Below, piece by piece: positions 41,713-51,399 of a stretch of DNA of 64,000 nt. A model generated the notes under the pieces. That model was not told the DNA's origin. It saw only the letters and a program-made list of their open reading frames with translations, and did no database searches. The DNA comes from an uncultured Chthonomonadaceae bacterium (lineage in GTDB: Bacteria > Armatimonadota > Chthonomonadetes > Chthonomonadales > Chthonomonadaceae): assembly GCA_963817895.1 (NCBI GenBank), contig CAWFQB010000001.1:96001-160000 (forward strand), given 5' to 3'. A program made the position numbers and the translations under genes. The number at the start of each line of letters is the position of its first letter. Positions within the stretch are counted from its first letter, which is position 1.

Positions 41713-42327
41713 TTGGAGGCTGGCTTGGCGCGTGGTCTGTTTGTTACGTTTGAGGGGGGCGAGGGCGTGGGGAAGACCACGCAGATCGCGCTGCTGCGTT
41801 CCGCTTTGGAGCGGGACGGCGCGAACGTTTGCGTGACGCGGGAACCGGGCGGCGATGCGGTTTCCGAAACCGTGCGCCATCTGCTGCTCACCACCGACAT
41901 GACGCCCCGCGCCGAACTGCTGCTGTTTCTCGCGTCCCGCGCCCAGAACGTCGAACACGTTATCAAGCCTCATCTGGAACAGGGCGGCATTGTGCTGTGC
42001 GACCGCTTCACGGACAGCAGCCTGGCGTATCAGGGGTGGGCGCGCGGGTTGGGACTGGAAGCCGTCGCGCAATTGAACGCTTTCGCGACGGGTGGCCTTG
42101 TCCCCGATCTGACTTTTCTCCTCGACCTCGACCCCGCGCAGGGCCTTTCCCGCCAGACCGACCACAACCGCATGGAAAACGAAGGATTGGCATTTCACCG
42201 CCGCGCAAGGGAGGGATTTTTGCGGTCGCGGCGAATGAACCCTCACGCATTGTTGTGCTGGATGCGCTCCCTGCCCGCCGCCGAACTGCACGCACAGATT
42301 TATGAACGAGTGAGGAGTTTCCCATGA
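41713..42327 (+). CDS. tmk: Thymidylate (dTMP) kinase
   Basis: FEGGEGVGKTTQ, TREPGG, CDRFTDSSLAYQG; two compensating indels at about 42220-42270. Confidence 0.95.
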   Translation: MEAGLARGLFVTFEGGEGVGKTTQIALLRSALERDGANVCVTREPGGDAVSETVRHLLLTTDMTPRAELLLFLASRAQNVEHVIKPHLEQGGIVLCDRFTDSSLAYQGWARGLGLEAVAQLNAFATGGLVPDLTFLLDLDPAQGLSRQTDHNRMENEGLAFHRRAREGFLRSRRMNPHALLCWMRSLPAAELHAQIYERVRSFP

Positions 42328-42653
42328 AACTGGTTATTACCGTCGTGCATGATCGCGACAAGAACAAGATTACCGAAGCGCTGCTGCGCAACGGCTACAA
42401 ATTCACCAAAATCGGCAGTACGGGCGGCTTTTTGCGCGAGGGCAATGTCACGCTGCTCATCGGCGTGGAGGGCGACGACGCGCAAAAGGTGATTGACGTT
42501 ATCAGCGACAGTTGTAAAACGCGCGAGCAGTTTGTCAACGTCCTGCCCCCCGACGCGGCCCCTACCGGCGGATTCATGCCAAGCCCGGTCAAGGTACTGG
42601 TCGGCGGCGCGGTCTGCTTCGTCGTGGACGTGGAGCGTTTCGAGCGGTTTTAG
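42324..42653 (+). CDS. darA: Cyclic-di-AMP receptor, PII-like (DarA/PstA)
   Basis: TKIGSTGGFLREGNVTLLIGV, VGGAVCFVVDVERF; coupled to tmk. Confidence 0.9.
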   Translation: MKLVITVVHDRDKNKITEALLRNGYKFTKIGSTGGFLREGNVTLLIGVEGDDAQKVIDVISDSCKTREQFVNVLPPDAAPTGGFMPSPVKVLVGGAVCFVVDVERFERF

Positions 42654-42732
42654 TTGGTGATTGGTGGTTCTTTAGCGGTTCATACGGTCGGAACGATAAA
42701 GCGGCTGTGGAAAGCGATGAGGGAGCGGAAAA

Positions 42733-43047
42733 ATGCGAAACGTGTGCAGCGCGATTGCGCGAACGTTCGGCGCGGCGTGGACGACACTGGGCTGGATGCT
42801 GTTCGTCGTTGCCCTCGTGCTTCCTCTGATTCCGTTTATTGGCGCGATTTTAGCGCCGGTATGGCTGGGGGTGCGTATCGCGCTGGCGTTGTGGTGGGTC
42901 ATTGACATGGTAGATCAGGAATTTATTGCTACCTTTGTGGGTGGCGCTCTATTGTTGGTGTTCATGGCGTTTGTGTTCCGTCCCCATAGCGCGTTGTTCA
43001 TTATCTGCTGGCTGGTCTATATGACGAATGTACGCAAAAAGTCATAA
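42733..43047 (+). CDS. Small multi-TM hypothetical protein
   Basis: 104 aa, strongly hydrophobic, RBS GGAG. Confidence 0.65.
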   Translation: MRNVCSAIARTFGAAWTTLGWMLFVVALVLPLIPFIGAILAPVWLGVRIALALWWVIDMVDQEFIATFVGGALLLVFMAFVFRPHSALFIICWLVYMTNVRKKS

Positions 43048-43768
43048 CCCGAAAAATCCAAACACCAGTTATCTAACGAGGACACCTATTTCCCGGTCAC
43101 TGCATACGCAACAACTTGATTGTCGGGCTATCCGACGTTTGGCCTGCCCGCGCCTCACTCGCCGCGCCTCTGCCGCAATGTTGTCCGGTAGAGGGTTGTC
43201 GGGAACGCCAACGTTGTTTCAAAGCGAGAGATCGAGTCCAGATGAAGGTTCCTGCACAGACGGCTTGCGTATCCTCGCGCAAAAGGCCCTGCCCCATCTG
43301 GTTAGTCCCCTGCATCCGCGAGAAATCCGCGCCTTTCTCCATTGTCTCGGCCCCTCCGCTATATACGGCCTGCGCATGATTCGTCTGCGGCAGGAGTGTT
43401 TGCTGAATTCTTCCGGCATTGTTTTCGCGGAGTACGTTGTTCCCGGCGAAATCTGCCTGTACGCCGTTCCTGCTTCCCCCTGGCAGTTTGCGTTTGTTCC
43501 TTCCCGTTCTGATTGTGAAGCGTTTACCCGGCACGGCGCAAACGTCCATGTAGACGAATCGCGCCGTCAGACAACCGTTTACTGGACACCAACCGACTTG
43601 AAATCCTATTTGCTCTACGAAGTTCTGGCGCATGAAATCGGGCATCACGTCTTGCAGCACAACAAAGGCAAGCGGCAGGCGCAAATCCGTCGCCGCTTCG
43701 ACCACGAGGCTTGCGCCGATTTATACAGCCGCCGTTTGGAGAGGTTGAGGGTACATTCAACATTTTAG
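43028..43768 (+). CDS. Zincin-like HExxH protein (start uncertain)
   Basis: VLAHEIGHH followed by HEACAD. Confidence 0.65.
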   Translation: MYAKSHNPKNPNTSYLTRTPISRSLHTQQLDCRAIRRLACPRLTRRASAAMLSGRGLSGTPTLFQSERSSPDEGSCTDGLRILAQKALPHLVSPLHPREIRAFLHCLGPSAIYGLRMIRLRQECLLNSSGIVFAEYVVPGEICLYAVPASPWQFAFVPSRSDCEAFTRHGANVHVDESRRQTTVYWTPTDLKSYLLYEVLAHEIGHHVLQHNKGKRQAQIRRRFDHEACADLYSRRLERLRVHSTF

Positions 43769-43770
43769 CT

Positions 43771-44862
43771 ATGAACAACAACACATTCACGTTGATTGGC
43801 GAAGAGATTTCCGGGGACTGGAACGCTCAGGCGCTTGCCGATGTTGCGGCTGCGTTTGGCGGCAAGTACGCGGCGTATACGGCACATTCCGGCGAGGAGT
43901 TGCAAAGTAACGGCGTAAATGACGCTATTTTGCCTGATGCTGACGGTGATTTGCTGGACAGTTTTGACTGGATACTGGCGGCGGAGAACGGGCGCGACGC
44001 GCAGAGTATTTACGCGCTCAAGCCACCTGCCGGTCAACACCGCGCCCTGATTGTCGGCAACGAGGCCAAAGGCATCCGGCGCAAAACGCTGAAGCGGACG
44101 CAGGCGGTTGCCGAAATTCCGCTTGTGTCACAGAACATCAACTGCCTGAATGTGGCGGCTGCGGCAGCGGTTATGCTGTACTATCTGAGTATCTATGAGC
44201 AGCGCGGTTCCTCAGTCGGGCAGGCCAGCCGAACCCTGAACGCCGTACAAAAAGCGCGTCCCGATGCGCTGCTGATTGGCGGGCGCGACCCGATGGAACT
44301 GGGCAGCGTAGTTCGCTCGGCCTGCGCGTTCGGGTGGGAGCGCGTGTTTCTGGAGGATCGGCATAATGTTTGGTACGACTGCGACCGCCTGATGAAATCC
44401 GAAGGCAGGGGCGCGGCGCGGCGGGGACGCAACCCCATCAAAGTGACTCCCTGTCCTGACGATCTACTGCGCCACTATAAGACAATCGTATGGGTCACGC
44501 ATGAACTGGTTGCGCCAACAAAAATTCCGCCCCTGTATCAAACCACGCTGACAAAACGGCCTGACGCGCCCACGCTGATCGTACTGCCCGACGAGAGCGC
44601 GGACGCAAGTGATTGGCTTTGCGCCGCGCAGGAACAGCATTGCGTCACGTTCGCCTGCCTGCCGAACCTTGCCCCCGCCCATTATCACTATCGGCAGGCG
44701 GCGTCCATTGCGCTGGCCGAAACCGCGCGACAATTGGGACGCCCGGATGGAAGAGGCATCTATCTGCGCGGCAGGAAACAGCGGTATCAAAAGAGCGTTG
44801 CAGAGGACACGGAAGCGACATCTCATGAAGGTTACGATCTGGCAGATTTGCGCATATTTTAG
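43771..44862 (+). CDS. Tandem double-SPOUT (TrmH/SpoU-like) RNA methyltransferase
   Basis: Domain 1 has LIVGNEAKGI, EIPL and CLNVAAAAAVMLY; domain 2 has DPMELGSVVRSACAFG and AASIALAETARQ. Confidence 0.75.
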   Translation: MNNNTFTLIGEEISGDWNAQALADVAAAFGGKYAAYTAHSGEELQSNGVNDAILPDADGDLLDSFDWILAAENGRDAQSIYALKPPAGQHRALIVGNEAKGIRRKTLKRTQAVAEIPLVSQNINCLNVAAAAAVMLYYLSIYEQRGSSVGQASRTLNAVQKARPDALLIGGRDPMELGSVVRSACAFGWERVFLEDRHNVWYDCDRLMKSEGRGAARRGRNPIKVTPCPDDLLRHYKTIVWVTHELVAPTKIPPLYQTTLTKRPDAPTLIVLPDESADASDWLCAAQEQHCVTFACLPNLAPAHYHYRQAASIALAETARQLGRPDGRGIYLRGRKQRYQKSVAEDTEATSHEGYDLADLRIF

Positions 44863-44931
44863 ATACCTGTAACTTTTTCCACGCTTAAACAAGCAGGAAA
44901 CCCTACAGCAGATGAAGAATAGCCATGCATC

Positions 44932-46899
44932 ATGACAGCGCACCCAACACCCAACACCCAACACCCAACACCCTCGCGAAGCGGTTTTCGGGCCATGCTG
45001 CTCGCGCTTCTGCTTGCGCCCCTGACCGCGTACTGGTCCGCCGATCAGGTAGTAGACGTTATCTTTTCCCTGATGATTCCGCCTGTTGTCATTACGCTCT
45101 TCGTGGCGGTGGCGAACCTGCTGGTACGCCGCGTTTCGCCCCGAATTGCGCTTACCGAGGGCGAACTGATTATCTTCTACGGGATGCATGCTGTGCTGGG
45201 CGCGATTTGCGCTGAGTGGACGAATGTTATCAACCCGACCATTCACAGTTACGCGCTGTACGCAGGCAGCGAGTCGCGGTTTCGTGACCTCATCAACCCC
45301 TACGCCATCAAGTGGCTGTTCATCCCCGTTGAAAACGCCGACAAGTACGAAGATTACCGCAACGGCGGGTATCCGTTCAGCTATTTCCTGTCGCATTTGA
45401 ACTTGTGGTGGACGTACATTTTTTCGTGGACACTGTTGTTTTCGCTCGTATGTTTCGCCATGCTGTGCATCAACAGCCTGATGCGCGACGAGTGGACCAA
45501 TCGCGAGAAACTCGCCTTCCCTATTATTCAACTGCCAATGGCGATTGTGCAGTCCGGCGCGGGCAAGTCACAGGTCTGGAAGAGCCAATTTTTCTGGATA
45601 CCGTTTATATTTATGTTCGGCGTGGATATTCTGAACGGCCTGCACTTCATTTATCCGAGTCTGCCGCTCATCAACGTGCGCTTTCTCGCCTCGCTCAACG
45701 ACTTTACGCCCTCCCCGCCTCTCAACGCGATTGGCTGGACTCCCATCGGTATCTTCCCCTATCTGGCTGTCATCGGTTTTTTCATGCCGACGGATTTGCT
45801 ATTTTCGTGCATATTCTTCTTTTTCTTCCGCAAATTCGAGCAGGTGTTTACGTACTCCTTGGGCTACACCGAGTCGGCGGGCGTGTTTGGAGGCGGCGGA
45901 TTGGTTCCCGCGCCGCCCTATTTCAGCGAACAGAGTTGGGGGGCGTTTCTCGCCCTGTTCGTGACGGCGATGTGGGTGGCGCGTAACTATTTGAAAGAGG
46001 TGTGGCGGCAGATTTTGCGCGGGCATCCGAAGGGGGACAGCGGCGTTCCGCATCGGCTGGCGTTTTTGGGCTTGTTGGGAAGTGTGGGCGCGGTCGTGTG
46101 GCTATCGGTTTATGTCGGCATCCCGCTGTGGATGGTAGCCGCGTCCGTGATTCTGTTCCTGATGTTCAGCGCGGCCCTGACGCGGATGCGGGCGCAGATC
46201 GGGGCACCCTCGCACGAAATGGCATTTATGGGGCCGAATCAGATGCTCGTGGATTTTGTCGGCACGCAGGGACTGTCGCAGTCGGGCGTCAGCCGCCTGG
46301 TGACAACCTTCTTCTTTATGAACCGCATCCACCGGACGCACCCCATGCCGCACCAGTTGGAAGCGATGAAGATGGGCGACGCGGGCAAGATGAATCAACG
46401 CGCTCTGTTTGTGGCGATCACGGTCGCAACGGTTGTGGGCTGCGTTTTGGGGCATCTGGTGTATATCTGGAAGGGGTATCACTATGCCGCGCCCCGGGCG
46501 GGCGGCGATGTGGCGGGCGTCGTAGATACGCTTGTCAACAAGCATCAGCCGTCCAATCCCGTCGCCATTCTGTTCGTCGTACTCGGCTTCGTCTTCGTGC
46601 TGAGTCTGGACTTCATCCGCTTCCGCATCCCCGCCTTTCCCCTGCACCCCGCCGGTTACGCGCTTGCCATGAACTTCGGACTGGACTACTTCTGGTTCGG
46701 GCTGCTGATTGTCTACATCATCAAGGTGTTCGTAGAACGCTACTACGGCTTGAGGGGCTACACCAAACTGCACGAGATCGCGTTGGGCATCATGCTGGCC
46801 GAGTTCTGCGCCGAAGCCATCTGGTCCGGCTACTCGATATGGACGCACACCGCCACTTACAGCGTCAGCATCAACGGCAGATTAGGCTGGAACCAGTAA
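44932..46899 (+). CDS. Large multi-TM protein (DUF6785/DUF6784-like, putative transporter)
   Basis: 655 aa, many TMs, EWTNREKLAFP, RMRAQIG, FPLHPAGY. Confidence 0.75.
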   Translation: MTAHPTPNTQHPTPSRSGFRAMLLALLLAPLTAYWSADQVVDVIFSLMIPPVVITLFVAVANLLVRRVSPRIALTEGELIIFYGMHAVLGAICAEWTNVINPTIHSYALYAGSESRFRDLINPYAIKWLFIPVENADKYEDYRNGGYPFSYFLSHLNLWWTYIFSWTLLFSLVCFAMLCINSLMRDEWTNREKLAFPIIQLPMAIVQSGAGKSQVWKSQFFWIPFIFMFGVDILNGLHFIYPSLPLINVRFLASLNDFTPSPPLNAIGWTPIGIFPYLAVIGFFMPTDLLFSCIFFFFFRKFEQVFTYSLGYTESAGVFGGGGLVPAPPYFSEQSWGAFLALFVTAMWVARNYLKEVWRQILRGHPKGDSGVPHRLAFLGLLGSVGAVVWLSVYVGIPLWMVAASVILFLMFSAALTRMRAQIGAPSHEMAFMGPNQMLVDFVGTQGLSQSGVSRLVTTFFFMNRIHRTHPMPHQLEAMKMGDAGKMNQRALFVAITVATVVGCVLGHLVYIWKGYHYAAPRAGGDVAGVVDTLVNKHQPSNPVAILFVVLGFVFVLSLDFIRFRIPAFPLHPAGYALAMNFGLDYFWFGLLIVYIIKVFVERYYGLRGYTKLHEIALGIMLAEFCAEAIWSGYSIWTHTATYSVSINGRLGWNQ

Positions 46900-46921
46900 C
46901 CTGAACCTGTTGTATGAAGAG

Positions 46922-46967
46922 CGTCAAAAACGATGTACGTCAATTTCAACGCACATCGTTTTTGACG
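46922..46967. promoter_or_regulatory. 15-bp inverted repeat (terminator or operator)
   Basis: CGTCAAAAACGATGT, 16-nt spacer, ACATCGTTTTTGACG; 45 bp upstream of the Macro-SIR2 gene. Confidence 0.5.
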
Positions 46968-47011
46968 TATGATGCTTCGGCACTGCAAATGAACCGTAGA
47001 CAGGAACAGCT

Positions 47012-48946
47012 ATGTCCCAAACAAACACGAATGACAACAATCTGTTTCTGGCGCAAGGAGATATTACGCAGATTTGCGCCCATGCGCTCGTGTATTCTAC
47101 CGACCTGTGGGGAAATGCGGGCTACCTGTTTGCGGCGTTTTCTCAAGCGTTTCCTGATTTTGCGGAGAGGTTCGCGCAGGGATACGTACAGGCGCGTGGC
47201 GAACGCGAATGTCTCACAGAGGGAGATACGTTCTGGCTGCCGCTGTTGGATACGCAGCGTCCGCATGGAATTGTCGTTGTGGTGACGCGGGGACAGGACC
47301 GCGCGACCAAAGCGCAGAAGGAAGCGGGGCGGCGTTCGGCGGGGCAGGCGATACGGGAGGCCGCGCGGCATTTGCGCGTACTGGAACCTGCAAAGCGTTT
47401 GCTCATCGTTTTGCCCGCGCTGCTCATGGGGCAGGGCGGCGAAGGACGGCACGGCGTGGAATCCGCGCAGGCGCAGATCGAAGCGGTATATGACGCTCTT
47501 AACCGGCCCGAATTGGCGAACGTTGACGCGGCATTCGTTACGTATACGCCTGCGCTGTATCACGTTTATCTGGAAGCGCGGAAGCGCGTTCGCGAATTAC
47601 GCCCGCATTTGCAGCCTGCCAATATTCCGGCCCATCTGCGACAACTTGCCGAGCAGGTGCGGCGGGGCGAGTGCGTGTTTTTTGTGGGCGCGGGGCTGTC
47701 ACGGGGCGCGGGATTGCCGGATTGGGGCGAACTGGTCAAGGATATGGCGGAAAAACTCGCCATTCCTGACGAGGTGCTGAAGGCGCAAAGTCAGGACGCC
47801 GACTACTATCTGGATTTAGCCGAACTGTTTCAACTGAAACATGGTCGCGCCAATTTAGTTAGCATGGTACAGGAGAAATACGGCAGCGACTATGCCCACG
47901 CGACGCCGACGCTGGCGCACTATCTGCTCATGGGCCAGCCCGTTCGCCACGTCATTACAACCAATTACGACCGCCTGCTGGAACGCGCTCTAACCGCCCT
48001 GCGCCGTCACCCGCAAACCGTTGTGCGTCAGGAAGAAGTAGCGCGGACGGGCAGCAGGGACGGCGTTCACGTTGTCAAGTTTCACGGCGACGCGGACAGA
48101 ATTGTCTTGCCGGATACGGGCAGCGCGGCAGTACCCGATGCCCGCGAAACCTCTGCGCCTTCCTCCAATTCTTCTACTTCTGCTGTTACTTCGGCATCGG
48201 AAGATGACATCATTCTGACGCGCAGCGATTATGATGCGTTCTTTGAAAACCGCCCGGTCATGGCCGCCCTGCTGCAAGGCTTGCTGCTCAACCAAACTTT
48301 CTTCTTTGTCGGCTACAGTCTGCGCGACCCGAACTTCCGGCAAATTTACAGTCAGGTGGCCCGGATGCTTAAAGCCGCCAAGCGCCCCGCGTATGCTACG
48401 TCCTTCAATTCCACTGCCGCGTATCTGACGAAAAAGGGGCTTGAGAATCAGCAATTGTTTCTTATTGAAGTGCCGGGAAATGGGGAGGAGCAGAACGCCT
48501 GTTTCCTGAAGTGGCTGGACTGGCTTTCCGAGGCGGTTACGGGCAAATCGCGCCTGTTCCTCGCCCCGGAAGCGCCCGCGTATGCGGCACAGCAGGACGC
48601 GCCCCTGCACATCCTGCGCAATCGGCTCATAGAATTGGGCGATCAGATGCAGAGGCTGGACTTTGCCGTTCTCACGCTGCCGGAAGCGCGGGAAGTGGCC
48701 CGCCTGCTGTCCCTGCTGACGGAGCAGGGCTGGCGTCCCCAAAAGCAGTGGCGGCAACTGCGCCAACAGCCGCAATCCCTCGCCGCGTTGTGGGAACGCA
48801 TTGCCGATTGTATGGGGGAGAACCACGCCGAAGGTTCGCGTGAAGAGCAGCGCCAGATGCTGATTCATGCCCTGACTTACACGGAAAACGCCGCCGATGC
48901 TGCCCGCCTGCGCGCGCGGCTGAACAACACCATTCTGCCCGACTAA
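47012..48946 (+). CDS. Macro-domain plus SIR2 (SIR2_2) fusion protein
   Basis: N-terminal LAQGDIT, LPALLMGQGG and AAFVTY; central VGAGLS, LPDW, ITTNYD, KFHGD and VGYSLRDPN; helical C-terminus. Confidence 0.8.
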   Translation: MSQTNTNDNNLFLAQGDITQICAHALVYSTDLWGNAGYLFAAFSQAFPDFAERFAQGYVQARGERECLTEGDTFWLPLLDTQRPHGIVVVVTRGQDRATKAQKEAGRRSAGQAIREAARHLRVLEPAKRLLIVLPALLMGQGGEGRHGVESAQAQIEAVYDALNRPELANVDAAFVTYTPALYHVYLEARKRVRELRPHLQPANIPAHLRQLAEQVRRGECVFFVGAGLSRGAGLPDWGELVKDMAEKLAIPDEVLKAQSQDADYYLDLAELFQLKHGRANLVSMVQEKYGSDYAHATPTLAHYLLMGQPVRHVITTNYDRLLERALTALRRHPQTVVRQEEVARTGSRDGVHVVKFHGDADRIVLPDTGSAAVPDARETSAPSSNSSTSAVTSASEDDIILTRSDYDAFFENRPVMAALLQGLLLNQTFFFVGYSLRDPNFRQIYSQVARMLKAAKRPAYATSFNSTAAYLTKKGLENQQLFLIEVPGNGEEQNACFLKWLDWLSEAVTGKSRLFLAPEAPAYAAQQDAPLHILRNRLIELGDQMQRLDFAVLTLPEAREVARLLSLLTEQGWRPQKQWRQLRQQPQSLAALWERIADCMGENHAEGSREEQRQMLIHALTYTENAADAARLRARLNNTILPD

Positions 48947-48956
48947 TTAAAAGACA

Positions 48957-49087
48957 ATTTTTCACCACCAAGACGCCAGGAACACCAGGAAATACAAGAG
49001 GAGAAAGAAGCTATTTGAATTTGGCAACTTCCCTCCTTCCCTCTCTTTCCTTTACTTGGTGTTCCTGGCGTCTTGGTGGTGAAAAAT
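48957..49087. repeat. MITE-like element with perfect 31-bp terminal inverted repeats
   Basis: ATTTTTCACCACCAAGACGCCAGGAACACCA at 48957-48987 and its reverse complement at 49057-49087. Confidence 0.85.
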
Positions 49088-49114
49088 AAGCCGATGAATG
49101 CGCAAGGAATGGCT

Positions 49115-49528
49115 TTAAGGTTTGGCGTTCTGTGGGGCGCTTGTCCACGCTTCGGACTTGTCCTTGCGGAACGCGGCCCAACCCGGTTTCAGATCGGCAA
49201 GGACGCTGTGCAGACTTTCGTCATGTCCCACAACCTCTTCCAGAGTGGCGGTTGTCAAATCCGATACGCCCGGAACCTGCGCGTCGAGAAATTGCCAGCC
49301 GTTGTCTTTGGCGTCGTGGAAAACAAACAGAATAGGCTTGCCATTGTTCAGCGCGTTTTTGGTAGTGACAACCGGCAGGGTTCGCGCCTCTTTGTACGGC
49401 CAATCCGCAGCGGCTGTTGCGGGAACGATTGGCGCGGGTTCCGGCTTGTGCAGCATACGGGGCAACGTGAACGCTAACAAAACGGAGTAGGCGATAAACA
49501 GGTAGGTAGTGAATTTCTTATTTTTCAT
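49115..49528 (-). CDS. Membrane-anchored hypothetical protein (DUF2185-like)
   Basis: N-terminal TM; PILFVFHD...GWQFL...DLKPGWAAFR; family call tentative. Confidence 0.6.
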   Translation of the reverse strand: MKNKKFTTYLFIAYSVLLAFTLPRMLHKPEPAPIVPATAAADWPYKEARTLPVVTTKNALNNGKPILFVFHDAKDNGWQFLDAQVPGVSDLTTATLEEVVGHDESLHSVLADLKPGWAAFRKDKSEAWTSAPQNAKP

Positions 49529-49597
49529 GATGGGTTTATTTTACCAGCAAGTTCGGCATTTGGGAACAAAAACTGCCCGGATTGTGTTTATAATCCT

Positions 49598-50056
49598 GTG
49601 ACCAGTTCTTTGCCTACGAATTCTGCCCTGTTTCTGCTTTTGAACGTGGCGTCCACCCTGTTTATGACGGGGCTTGTTTGGTTTGTGCAGATGGTACACT
49701 ATCCGCTGTTCGGGTATGTGGGCGTAGAGAGTTACGCCGCCTACGCGAACCAACACACCCGCCGAACCACATGGGTCGTCGGGCCGCCGATGCTGTTGGA
49801 ACTGGCAACGTCCGTGTGGCTTGTCGCTGCGCCGCCCCAAAACATTCCCGCTGCGGCCCTGTGGGGCGGGTTGATGTTGACGGGCGTACTCTGGCTGTCT
49901 ACGCTGCTGCTGCAAATCCCCCGCCACAACGCGCTTGGCAACGGCTTTGATGCGAATGTCCACCGCGCCCTTGTGTCTACCAACTGGATACGAACAATCG
50001 CGTGGAGCCTGCGAACCGTTCTGGTCCTGTGGATGCTTGCTATCTTGCTGCGCTGA
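49598..50056 (+). CDS. Four-TM hypothetical membrane protein
   Basis: GLVWFVQMVHYPLF, QIPRH, NWIRTIAW. Confidence 0.75.
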   Translation: MTSSLPTNSALFLLLNVASTLFMTGLVWFVQMVHYPLFGYVGVESYAAYANQHTRRTTWVVGPPMLLELATSVWLVAAPPQNIPAAALWGGLMLTGVLWLSTLLLQIPRHNALGNGFDANVHRALVSTNWIRTIAWSLRTVLVLWMLAILLR

Positions 50057-50165
50057 ATGTTCCACAATTGCCGCGCCAACGCTTTACTCCTTCCGCTGAT
50101 TTCGGCTACCATTAAGAACACCATTTTGTTTGCAAATATTTCAGGAACATGAGGAGTAACGATTC

Positions 50166-51344
50166 GTGGATGAACGAGGCAATGTGCGCGTGGGTATCAT
50201 CGGGCCGAGCTGGTGGGTCAATTTCTGGCATTTGCCCGCCATTGAAAATCATCCTCATGCGGAAGTGTACGCCGTGTGCGGCGCAAAGGCGCGGGACGAG
50301 GCGGACGTGAAAGCGAAGTACGGCCCGAACGCGCGGTTTTTCACGGACAGGGAACAGATGCTGGCGGAAGTTCCCCTTGATGGCGTGATTGTCTGTACGC
50401 CCAACGACACGCATCATCCCGCAACGATGTCGGTACTCAACCACAACCTGCACGTTACCTGCGAAAAGCCGCTTGCCATGAATCAGGAACAGGCGCGCGA
50501 AATGGCTGAAACCGCGCAAGAGCGCAATCTCATCGGCATGACCAATTTTCCGTACCGCGACAATCCCTGCATCCAGACGTTGCGGCAATTGGTTGCGGAG
50601 GGGTATGTCGGCACGATTTTCCATGTGGCGGGGCAGTATCACGGCGGTTTCGGGCTGGGCAGTTCCCCCAACTGGCGCGGCCTGCGCGAACGCAGCGGGG
50701 CGGGCATACTGGGCGATTTAGGCTCGCACCTGATTGATCTCGTCCGCTTCACGACCGGGGATGAGTTCGCGTCCGTGTGCGCCCACTCGCTTTCTATCCT
50801 GAGAAACAAAGCAACCGGCGCGTTTGAGGGATTGGCGAACACGGAAGACCCGCGCGTTTTGCCCCGAAACGACGACAGCATGGCGTTTCTGGCCGAGATG
50901 CAGTCCGGGGCGCAGGCGATTCTGCACACCAGTTGGCTGGCCTATCAGGGCGCGGAGCGGCAGCATCAGGAACTCGATATTTACGGCACGGCAGGGCATT
51001 TGCATTTCATTGCCAACCATGCCGGCACGTTCCTGCGCGGCAAGCGAACCGGGGAGGAGCGTTGGGAAATGATTCCGGTTGAAAATGTTGTGACGCCCGA
51101 AATACGGCAGGCGGAAGGGTTAGAGGAAAACGAGGATTATTTCCGCCCCGGTCGCCTGACAGCCACGAACACCACCTACCGCTGGATCGAAGCCATCCGG
51201 CAGGGACAAACCACGATTTCCCCCGATTTGACGGACGGCTGGCGAACGCAGCAGGTGATTGACGCGGTGATTGCGGCGAGCAGAGAGCGAAAGTGGAAGG
51301 AAGTGCAAAGGATGAAGGATGAAGAGGATGCCCTCCTTTTCTGA
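50166..51344 (+). CDS. Gfo/Idh/MocA oxidoreductase
   Basis: VCTPNDTH, CEKPLA, GILGDLGSHLID. Confidence 0.9.
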   Translation: MDERGNVRVGIIGPSWWVNFWHLPAIENHPHAEVYAVCGAKARDEADVKAKYGPNARFFTDREQMLAEVPLDGVIVCTPNDTHHPATMSVLNHNLHVTCEKPLAMNQEQAREMAETAQERNLIGMTNFPYRDNPCIQTLRQLVAEGYVGTIFHVAGQYHGGFGLGSSPNWRGLRERSGAGILGDLGSHLIDLVRFTTGDEFASVCAHSLSILRNKATGAFEGLANTEDPRVLPRNDDSMAFLAEMQSGAQAILHTSWLAYQGAERQHQELDIYGTAGHLHFIANHAGTFLRGKRTGEERWEMIPVENVVTPEIRQAEGLEENEDYFRPGRLTATNTTYRWIEAIRQGQTTISPDLTDGWRTQQVIDAVIAASRERKWKEVQRMKDEEDALLF

Positions 51345-51399
51345 AAGCCTTATTGGTGACATGAAAAGACAAGGAGAGGACAGGAATAGTTTTCATCCT

